The notes under the pieces were generated by a model that was not told where the DNA came from, searched no databases, and worked only from the letters and a program-made list of their open reading frames with translations. From Octopus bimaculoides (Eukaryota): 64,000 bases of DNA. This document shows positions 53,171-64,000 of this stretch, in pieces. Each line of letters begins with the position of its first letter. The first letter of the stretch is position 1. Where the stretch lies: contig NC_069004.1 in assembly GCF_001194135.2 (NCBI RefSeq), positions 1,041,610 to 1,105,609 on the forward strand, read 5' to 3'. The position numbers were made by a program, and so were the translations under genes.

Positions 53171-56100
53171 AGAATCCACATTCACCCACCACCAAAGAAA
53201 ACAAAAGAAAGTGTAAATATTTCTACAAGATTATGTTTAGAATATCTGAGAAGAATGTATGATTGTGAAGAATGAGGAGTGAAGTTGAAAAATCGTTTTC
53301 AACCTTTCTATCGTTTTAAGAGAGCTGAAAATCTTATATTAGACATTCACGATGTTAGAGCAATCACAAAGAAATCTGGCGAAGGCAAATAATTATATAT
53401 ACAGAGCAATGAAACAAAGGTTAAGTTAAACAGCATATTACAAAACAAGTCGTTAAAATAGAATGTAATTATAGCAGGCACTCACAGACAAGAAAGAAAG
53501 AATGGTAACAGAAAAGTAGACCAAACATCTCAGTTTAAAAGTAGAACTGTTAACATTATGGCACTGATTGTGACAGCGCCACCACCACCACTGCCAATTA
53601 ACAACAAAACATCAAATGATTAAACTAACGAGGCAATAAACCAACAAAGAAGCCTTCAAGTTGCTCGATTTAATAAAGCAGCCAAATTCTTCTCTCAAAG
53701 AACATCTCTGTAAATAAGTTACTCAGACACGCCATCATCTTAACCATAGTTAAGTTAGTGTCCCTAATGAGTATATCTTTTACTTGCTTTAGTCTTGCTT
53801 TGCAGCCATGCTGGGGCATCACCTTGAAGAATTTTAGTTGAACAAATCAACCTCAGCACTTCTTTTTTGTGTTTGTAAAGCCTGGAACTTATTCTATCAG
53901 TTTCTTTAGCTGAACTGCTAAGTCACATATTGTGAATACACCAACACCAGTTGTCAAGTGGTGGTGGAAGACAAACACACACACACAGACAGGCTTCTTT
54001 CAGTTTCTGTCAACCAGATTCACTCAGAAGGCTTTGTGAGGCTAAAGTAAAAGCACTTGCTCAGTTGCCATGCAGTGGGACTGAACTTGGAACCATGTGG
54101 TTGGAAAGCAAACTTTTTACAACACAGCCACACCTATTGAGAGAGGGAGAGAGAGAAACAGCAACAGAGAAAGAAAGAGGAAGAAAAAGAGACAGAGAAA
54201 GAAAGAACATTTAAGAAAAAGGAAATAATGTTGTCATGCAAGGAACATTAAAGATCTGCTGAAAAATATTCTATTATCATCCTTTTAATGTCCACCTTTC
54301 CATGGGTCAGACAGAGTTTTTATGGATGTCCTATAGGGTTACCAGCCCTTACTTGTTTCCAAGCAGATTAAGTAATGAAAAAAAAAAATATTAGTCATTG
54401 AATAATATTTTAATTATTTTTGGCAAAGACGGGAGACAATCCAGTACATGTTTCAGTCTTGTGACTTCATCAGCAAAGCTTAGACATCACCATATTTGCC
54501 TTAGTAATAAATGTACAAATTGTTTTGAGAATTGCAAGTTAGAATTCATGGAAAAGCAGGCTTAGCACTTAAAATAAATATATAAAAACAAAAAACAAAA
54601 CCCACTTAGAAAAGCAACCAAATCCATGACACAAGCTTGAAGTTGATGATGAATGACAATGAGTCAAGTTCCTCTTTAGCTCAGATTACTAAATTAGGAT
54701 TCTGATTCTGCAAGTACAGACTTAACTGTAATCCTCCTGGGGTCGATGAAATATGTAATCCTAATACATTGGATCTTATCTTGTGTGTTGAACTGGCAGC
54801 TAAATATTGACTATTTACAGAGCTACTTCTATATCATGGGTATACTTAATAAGAGATGATCACCAGCTAATAATACCAACACCATGCAATAATCCTGTTA
54901 ATAATAATAATAATATAATTAAAAACTATTAGAAATTCTTGTTCAGATTATTTTTCAAAAGAAGCTGTTAGGATATAATTACAGCATGAAATACTATTTT
55001 TGGTTATGTGGAATTTATCTTGGGCTAAATCAAAGTAGGGATGAGTAACTATACAGTTATTTAAGTCATCAGAAATAGTAGTCAAAAGCCCCTCAAATTA
55101 CATATTGACACAGGTGTGGCAGTATGGTTAATTTCTAAATTGTGTGGTTTAGGATTTAATCCCACTGCACAGCTTCTTGGGCACCTGCCGCCTTCTACCA
55201 TTATTCCTGTCCAATCAAAGTCTTGTAGACAGAAGCTGAAAGAAGCCTGTCATGTGTCTGTGTGTATAAATAAATAAATNNNNNNNNNNTATATATATAT
55301 ATATATGTGTGTGTATATATACACATATATATATATGAGAGAGAGAGACGAGTGTGAGTTGATATTTTTGATGGTTTACTTATTTTCTCTCCAGTTTCTT
55401 CCTGTATTACATTCCGGTCGTTTCCTCATGTTAAACTGTTAATCCTTACACATTTTTGTCTCTCTCCCCTTTTTTTCCTCTCATCCCTTTTTGTTGAAGA
55501 ATGTAGGCTCAAAACGTCAAAGACTTTCCCATTCTTCCTGAGCGTCAAACTAATACACCTGCTTGTTGTTCCCCCACCTGTCTTCGTCTTTTGTTTACAG
55601 CAAATTTGAACTCTCTCACTCTCTCTGTCATATGTGTATGTGTGTGTGTGAATGTATGCATGTAAATGTGAACAGATGTGAGTGTGCTTACAACCACGTT
55701 TCTCCAAAAAGTCACCGAGTTACAAGTGATGATGATGATGATGATGTTGCCATTTCAGCTATCAACAAATTGTTTGCTGGTTTTGCATCTTCAAAAATCT
55801 TTGAAATAAGAGATCCTTTACTTTAAAAACTGTTTAGTGACAGGAAAGGCATTTGGCTTCAATAATACATTAACGTGGTTGGGGAGCCAATATGTTAATT
55901 ACACACTCATGGCCACGCTCATTTGAATCCTACATCTCACAGTTTCTTATCTAATATGCAGTTAGGCAACTACCAACCAATATCTTATTTGTTATGCATG
56001 AACAATGTAATACATATTCAAATACGAGAACAATTCAGACCAGATGAGAAACAACTAATAGAGGTACAATCAGGACAAAGACTGCATTAACAGGAAAAAA

Positions 56101-57329
56101 ACTATTAAATTGTTTTTAATTAGAAACGTTAGCAGAATCTTGTTGGGAGGTAAATGATATTCAGCTTCATGTAATACAGGAAGAAACTGGAGTCGAAATA
56201 AGGAAGCCATAAAAAAGAAAAAAATCCATTAATGGTTATATAATAAATATATATATATGAACAGGGAATGTGATCCAGCTTAATTCAACAAATAGCTTCA
56301 ACATGTTTACAGAGTCTTTACGACAGGGATACCGTCTTAATTTTGTCTCAAGTGAATTTGTCACCGAGAGATGACAAATGGCATTCTCTTCACTACTTTT
56401 TGCTTTTTATTCCCCCCAGCTTTTTCTTTTTTTTTTTAACAACTTGGTGCAGGCATTGGCTGTGTGGTTAAGAAGCTCATTTAGGAACCATGTGGATTTG
56501 GGTTCAGTCCTACTGCTTAGCAATTTGGACAAGCATCTTCTACTATAGCCCCAGGCTGATCAAAGCATTGAGAGTGAATATGGTAGATGGAAACTGTGTG
56601 GAAGCTTGTATATATTTTTGCTTATGTGTGTGTTTGTACCTCCACTGCTTGACAACTGGTGTTGGTTTGTTTATGTTCCCATAACTTAGCAGTGCAGTAA
56701 AAGTAACCAATAGAATAGGTACCGGACTTTAAAAAATTAGTATCGGGATCAGTTTGTTTGACTAAATTCATCAAGCCAGTGCCCCAACATGGCCACAATC
56801 CCATGGCTGAAACAAGTAAAATATATTAAAAAAAAAGATATACTACTTTCATAAAAGAGAACAGAGATGAATGAATAGAAAAGATGCAACAAGGGCTGAG
56901 AAGAGACAGGTGCCTGAGAAGAGACAAGTGCTTGAGAAGCCCAGCCACTGAAACGGTTACAGGTTGTGATGAAAGGAATTTGACAGAGTAATTAATTAAT
57001 CAATTGATCAACTGATTAATTATTTGACTGACAATAAAACTGAAATGAAACCTAACCAGAGTGTGTGTGCATGTGTTTATTGGCAGTATGAGCCTACCAA
57101 AATATATCAGAGCTGCACATTTTTAGTGCCAAATCTACAAGTAAATCATTCCTAGATAATTAAGATGCCTGAGGTGAGAAAGACAAAAGGTTACATTCAA
57201 TGTAAGAACATGTTTAGTGTGACTCAGTGGCTGTGTATGACCCCCCCCCACAAAAAAAAAAAACTGTGTAAGAGAAAGTTTATTTAGCAAAGATGCTAAA
57301 ATATAATAAAGATTTAGAAAAAGCATAGT

Positions 57330-57705
57330 TGTGTCATTGGGAAGTTTGCTTCCAAACTACATAGTCCTGAGGATGGTTCCATTGCACAGTGCCTTGGTGT
57401 CTTCTACTATAGTTCCAGGCCAACCAAAGCCTTGTGAAAAAGCCTGTTGTTAATATATGTAAGTGTGTGTTGCTGTGTATTCTTGTCATGACATCATTTG
57501 ATGGTTGTAAACGAGCAGAAACGTTGTACAAGTGATGCCATTTGTTTCCAGTCTTCTGTGAAAACTATATCAAGCCATGGGAAAATATCCCGTTGCTAGG
57601 AGACAGGTGAGGGTTAGTAACAGGAAGGGCATCCAGCTGTAGGAAATTTGCCTCAACAAATTCCATCTGTTCCAGCATGGAAAAGTGGACATTAAAATGA
57701 TGAAG
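57330..57705 (+). mobile_element. Composite SINE: family B head plus (TG)n plus tail 2 ending in (GAT)n
   Basis: Tail motif aacaggaagggcatccagctgtag...catggaaaagtggacattaaaatgatga. Same architecture at 7775-8165, 17755-18335, 25170-25625, 40345-40745, 43540-43955 and 60375-60742. Tail-only copies at 21417-21510, 30930-31050, 31975-32140, 35420-35583 and 45800-46010. Confidence 0.78.
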
Positions 57706-59617
57706 ATGGAGCTCTGGTCTTGCCTACAGTAGATTAACAACAGATTATCTTCTGTTAATATTACATCAAAAATAGCTGGAGAAGAAAAGTATTTTAAATT
57801 TTCTTAGTTCCTTCTATCATAATATAAACTAATGTACGAGGGTAAGAAAACATTTATGTTGTCACATGATCTGCTGATGTAACAGGGCCCCCATATCTAC
57901 CTCCCTCCCTCTGTCTGCCTCAGCCTCCCAATCATCAACCTACTCCATAACATCTTTAATATGGGAACCACATGTTTTACTTGTAAGCTTCTAAGATAAC
58001 ATATTCCCACTGACCAAATGCTGAGACTAACTTTTATCTTTTATTTGTTACGGTCATTTGATTGTGGCCATGCTGGAGCGCCTGTTTTAGTCGAGCAAAG
58101 AACAGTTATGCACAGGGATGCAAACAAACAAACACTGGTCGACATGTGGTTGCAGTGGTGATGGGTGATTTCAGGAATCATACATCTGTCCAATTTATGC
58201 AACAAACCACAAGATATGGTGACAGCCATTTGAGAATTAGAAGAAAAAATAAAATAAAAAATAAAAAGCTAAGATATTTTCTCACTCCAAAATAAGGTTT
58301 AAAAACAAAAAGCAAAAGACAAAACAAAAAGAAAACTAAAATCAAGCAAAAGAAAACAAAAACAATGTGCTGTTTAATAAGAGACTTAACATGACCTCAC
58401 CAATTTATCAGCTGCTCGTAACCCAATACCAAAATGACATGCACTTTGTCTAACACAGAAGCATTTTCTGTGCCACAAAGATATATTCTTGTTGCACACA
58501 TCTAATGTTTGCAACCCATTCATCCACCCACACTTTCAGATTTCCAACTGTTTTCTTCTTCTGCTGTTCCAGTTCTCATGATGCTAACAATACGGCTAAT
58601 AATAATGGTTCCAAACTAGCAGAGTCTCTAACCTGTGAGGCAATTTCAGGGTAGTTTTGCAACTGAAGAATTGCTTCCACGACTATTTCATCATAATGTA
58701 CATTACACAGAATAATTTTCAAAGAACTAATAAAAACTACCCCCCAACCACCCCCAAAAATGTTCTTTGTCTTCCTCTCTCCGTATGTGTTGTACTCTTG
58801 AGGAATGAAGATTTGTTTTTAGCAACAAGTCTTCGTTATTGGCAGCTCTCCAGTTCTAATTAAATTCTTTGCTGGCAAATAGGCAGAATAATTAGAACAT
58901 TGGATGGTATGCCTTGTATATTTGTTCCGGTTCTCTGTGGTTTGAGTTCAAAACCTGCCAATGCCAGGTTTGCGTTTAATCTTTTTTGGGAGGTGGTGTT
59001 GCTAAAGTACAATTCAAGTGCATTCAAGTACATCATCATCATTTTAATGCTAGCATGAGGCAGACGTTTCTGCAGAAAGATGCCCTTCCAGTCACTAACC
59101 CTCACCTGTTTTCAAGTAAGGTAACATTTCCCTATAACTGAGCATGTTTACAACAATTATGCAATGTCAAGATAAGGGGACAATAACTCACACACACACA
59201 CACACAAGTGCATGCATATGTATGTATGTAGCAGGCTTTTTTCTTTTTCCATCTACCAAGTCATCATAAGGCTTTAGTCAGCCCAGGGTTATAGAAGAAG
59301 ACACTTTCCCAAGGTGTCATGTACTGGGATTGAACCAGAAACCATGAGGCCGGGATGCAAACTTCTTACTAAGCCTTGATATATTCGCAATTCTATTATT
59401 TTGTGTCTGAATCATGACAGGGTCAAGTTAACCTTTCATGCATTTGGGAAGTCAAGTTCAGGTAATAATTGTCAGTTGAACAGTGACATTAAAGCTATTT
59501 TAAGATATTGAAAGTAGCTTAAGACATGACTGTCTTTCAGCAACTTTGACATGAAATCTAATAAATGTCCAACAATCAATGTGCATAGCTTTTCTAGATC
59601 ACAAAAGCAAGACCGTA

Positions 59618-59831
59618 TTAACACTTTCGTCACAACATTTCTGTTGACAATACACTGGCTTTATATCAATTCATTTTGAAAATAATGAAGAATTTAGTAA
59701 AATAACTTTCTCATGAATCTGGTGTTTGGAAAACAAAATAACATGAAATTTTGAGGGGAGGATTTTAAATTAGATCACTTTAAAATAAGAAGTTTGTATC
59801 ACAGAACCAGGACAGGTATCAAAAGGGTTAA
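59618..59831. mobile_element. piggyBac-like MITE (TTAA-flanked)
   Basis: ttaa|cactttcgtcac ... ggtatcaaaaggg|ttaa. Same family as 1175-1404. Confidence 0.7.
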
Positions 59832-60883
59832 AGGTTTAGGCGAAGGTAGCACCAACATTTGGAGATGTATATTAAAAAAAAAAACCAAAAAATTATAGGA
59901 ATGGTAAAAAGAAAAAAAAAAACCCGAGTGAATGTTTCATTCATTTCTAAGATTTCAATACAGGAAATTACTGTTGATTGAGATAATATTTTGATAGATT
60001 TTTGCATCAGTTCAATTCTGTATGAACAGCGTGAGAAAATGAAGGAGCAGCTACACAGCCACTCATTCTGCTAGAAATAGCTGCTGATATCTCTCTCAAA
60101 TCACAGTACCATGTTAAAAACAGTACATTGGATTATGTAGCTATAAATAATTCTAAAAAGACAGGAGGGTCATGGCTCAAATGCTCAGGGCTAAACAACA
60201 TCATCATCATCATCATCATGCTGACATAGGCTGGATGGCCTGATGAGGTCCAATGAGCCAATTTCAGCTTTGGGATCATTTCTATGGCTGGAGGCCCTTC
60301 CTAATATCAAACAACATAAGGTATAATTTTAGGGTTTCTATTATAAACTTATGGAAAACTATACATATGTGTGTTTGTGCATGCTATGAGGTTAAGAACT
60401 TCACTTCTCAACCTTGTGGTTCTGGGTTCAGTTCCACTGCATGTCACCTTCAACAAGTGTCTTCTGTTACACCTTTGTGAGTGAGTTTGGTAGATGGAAA
60501 CTGAAAGAAGCCCATCATATGTGTGTGTGTATGTGTGTCCTTCCCTTGACATTGTATGACAGTTCATACAAGCAATGTCATTCGTTTCCAATCATCCATG
60601 GAAAATAGTTCGGATCATGGGGAAATATTACCTGGTTTGGAAACAGGTGAGGGTTGGTGACAGGAAAAACATCCAGCTGTAGAGAATCTGACTCAACGAT
60701 TCCCATCCAAATAATGTAAGCAGGGGAAAGTGGATGTTAAAACAAACACACACGTCATTATTGTTAGATGAAGATTTTTGTTATCGAATTCCAGGCTGCA
60801 GATTCTTCAAACCCCATAAATTCTTTGTGCAGAATACTTTTTCATTGTTTGTCAACACAAGTACTTAACAATTCATACACACA

Positions 60884-60926
<43 letters not shown>

Positions 60927-61408
60927 NNNNNNNNNNNNNNNNNNNNNNNNNNNNNNNNNNNNNNNNNNNNNNNNNNNNNNNNNNNNNNNNNNNNNNNNNN
61001 NNNNNNNNNNNNNNNNNNNNNNNNNNNNNNNNNNNNNNNNNNNNNNNNNNNNNNNNNNNNNNNNNNNNNNNNNNNNNNNNNNNNNNNNNNNNNNNNNNNN
61101 NNNNNNNNNNNNNNNNNNNNNNNNNNNNNNNNNNNNNNNNNNNNNNNNNNNNNNNNNNNNNNNNNNNNNNNNNNNNNNNNNNNNNNNNNNNNNNNNNNNN
61201 NNNNNNNNNNNNNNNNNNNNNNNNNNNNNNNNNNNNNNNNNNNNNNNNNNNNNNAAATTCTGTGGAATAAGGATTAACTCTGAGTGCTGAGTGCAGAATC
61301 TGGGAAGCAAGACAAAAAGTAGGGTGAGAGAATGAAGATGTAAGTGTATATTAGGTGTATATCTCGGTGGTGAAAGTATGCAGCTAGTTTGGTGGGGAAG
61401 AATCTATT

Positions 61409-61439
<31 letters not shown>

Positions 61440-61956
61440 GGGGTTAGGATAGTGTATTTTAAGTTAGTGGTTGTAGAGAGTTGTTGGGCTGTAGTGAATC
61501 TTCGCTAATCAGTCAGAAATGGCCTTCTTAAGTAGGCGGTCTATAGAATTGTTAGCATGTGTGGAAGCCACTGTTATCCCAGATATGTGAGCAGTGCACG
61601 AGTATGTGTATGCATACACACACACACACACGTGTGTGTATTTCAGGTCTTAAGATACTAAAAATAGAAAATATAAGACTAGGTTTAATGAAAACAAGAG
61701 TTTCGAATTTTGGTACAGGGCCAGCAGCATTTTTTTTCTTTGTTTTGAGGGGAGGGGGAAGTTGATTACATTGACCTCAGTACTTTGACCGGTACTTAAT
61801 TTATTGACCCTCAAAAGAATGAATGACAAAGTCAACCATGGTAGAATTTGAACTCAGAACCTGAAGACAAATGAAACGCCACTGAGCATTTTACTCAGCA
61901 ATGTTAATGAGTCTAACCAACTCATCACCCAGGCTTCATAAAAATAATAATAATAT

Positions 61957-62280
61957 TAACAAGAGCACTCAGAGAGCGTAAACCTCTGCCGAGGCAACAC
62001 AAACGTCCTCTCAATGATTGTCCAGAGATGATGTTTAAAATGAGAATATCTGAAATAAACTCGACTGCTCCCACAAACGAGAATATTAAAAATGAACCCG
62101 ACCACTCTCAAAAATTAAGTAAAAAAAACTGGAAAAATAATCCAGAATCCTTGTCCAGTACCGGGTGGATCCCAAAATGTAGTCAGTTTGCACCAGTCAT
62201 GAGGCCAAACATCCCTGAAAGTTTCATCCGAATCCATCAAACAGTTCTTCAGTATAAGGAGTCAGGAGAAATGCTATAAC
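61957..62280. mobile_element. Probable non-autonomous Helitron/Helentron-like interspersed element
   Basis: Starts taacaagagcactcagagagcgtaaacctctgccgagg and contains gaaagtttcatccgaatccatc...gttctt, a motif seen in HINE/Lep1-like elements. Pattern recall only. Confidence 0.4.
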
Positions 62281-64000
62281 AATAATAAAAGCTTTTTCTG
62301 AAGGTAAAATATAGCAGGAGAAAAAGTCCACTCAATGCAGTAACCTCAATGTGGTTGCTCTACTTGTGTACAAGTGATACATTGGACAATGTAGTCTTTG
62401 ACTACAAAAAGTCAGAGTGGCAACAGCTAGAATACTTCCTGGATTAGGACTGACCTTGGGTCAAACAACAGCAATTTGTTTAAATGTAAATTAATACAAA
62501 TTATATACATATATGTATCATTGTTGTTTGATGTCTATTTCCATACTGACATGCGTTGGATGGTTTGATAAGAGCTGACAAGTGACAGAACTATGCTAAG
62601 CTCCAATATCGGCTTTGGCATAGTTTTCTATAACCGGATGCTTTTCTTAAATGCCAACCACTTCACAGAGTATATTTGGCACTTTTTACGTAGTACCAGT
62701 ACTAAGCAGAAAAAGATAAAACAAAAGTAGGCATAAGGAATGTATTTACATGAAAAGTTGCATATACAAATAAATGATGCAATCAAGTCACATCTTTACA
62801 GCTGTTTCAGAGAACTGATGATTGGTGTCATAACCAGGTATGTTATGTAATATGGTCAATTTTTACAAGCTTGTAGGTGCAAACAAGGTGACATGAAGCA
62901 ACCTTAAAGATGTTACAATACATGAAGAAAATAGCCATGGTTTAAGTGACCTTATGAATTGCTCTGGTCTTAATGCTTAAAAACTATTTTGATTGTGTGT
63001 GATGGACTACGACCATGTTGGAGCATTCCTTTGATGGATGTAGTCACTCATTTCAGTATGGTGCTTATTTTGATAAATGTATGTCTGTCAAATCACTAAG
63101 CTTCTCTTTGTGTGGCTATGGATTCACGAATGTGTATGTATGCTTGTTTGTGCACTGTATACCACAGTGGCTTTTAACCATGGTCCATATAAGATTTTTT
63201 GGGTGGGTGGGGGGAGTCCATGCTACAGAACAGCAAATTGGGTCCACAGTAGTATTTTAAGGGTAAATGAAAAAAAAATTTTGCTTTAGATGTTTTGCGC
63301 AAAACAACCAGGTTTCTTTCTCTGACATTTTACATAATTCAACCTACACAAGTTAATGTGTGAAAAACAAAATAGGAATTTTGAAAGAGGCTTCCATAAG
63401 ACTATTGGTCAGTTCAGGTCATGTGGTGTTAATACTGTAGAAGTGACACCAGATACTTTATTCTCAGGCCCATTGCTTGGACAAGGTGTTGGCATAGTGC
63501 TGTTGTACAAATAAATGTATCCAGCAACACCAGTTCCTTGAATTGGGTACCACACATGGCAGGATGAAGGCCAGTGGCTCAGTTGTCGTTAAGTGGGGTA
63601 TTAACACATTAGTGGTAGCAGTTGTTATGTGGGGTTAACCGAATCTGATGGTGTTGGGTTACAACTGAGGCATGTGATCAACATCATTTGTACATCGTCT
63701 TTCCCCATACTAGCAGAGGTTATAGACCGTAAATAGATCCTCTATAACCACATACCCTGCAATAGAAAAGTGGGTGAATCTATGTTGTCAAAATTTCTGC
63801 TGTCATTGTTGTCAACAGATGGCAGGTTTCTAATTATAACAACAGACATTTCCACCTGCTATACAAAATACTTATCAAACCTGGGAATTGAAACTGACTG
63901 AAAACCTCTGCCACATACCTAAATGCACACACACATACACACACAGAGAAAGATCTATGTATGTATGTTTGTATGCATGTGTGCATACACACACACATAA

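Noticed and set aside
63370-63760. Higher-GC, Thr/Pro-rich coding-like tract with an acceptor on the minus strand
   Set aside because: Stops occur in all frames and no domain is recognisable; it cannot be called as a pseudogene or TE.

Overview
AT-rich animal genomic scaffold with many microsatellites, tRNA-derived SINEs, MITEs and N-gaps. The repeat landscape fits a coleoid cephalopod, most likely Octopus (inference). The one gene I can support is a dihydropyrimidinase/CRMP-family gene (DPYS/DPYSL) on the minus strand. I rebuilt 14 coding exons by hand between 34178 and 8537; all resolved junctions are GT-AG with consistent phases. One exon is cut by the gap at 9455-9950, and the first and last coding exons were not identified with confidence. 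Key observation: two paralogous 121-nt exons (18483-18603 and 16532-16652) can only be used one at a time. The first keeps the Zn-binding His of dihydropyrimidinase (VVHVMSK). The second carries the Lys typical of catalytically dead CRMPs (VVKVMSK). One gene therefore appears to switch between a pyrimidine-catabolic enzyme and a CRMP-like protein by mutually exclusive splicing. The ORF track misses the second exon. The rest of the window (34.2-64 kb) looks like repeat-rich intron or intergenic DNA, and most ORF-track entries there are spurious.
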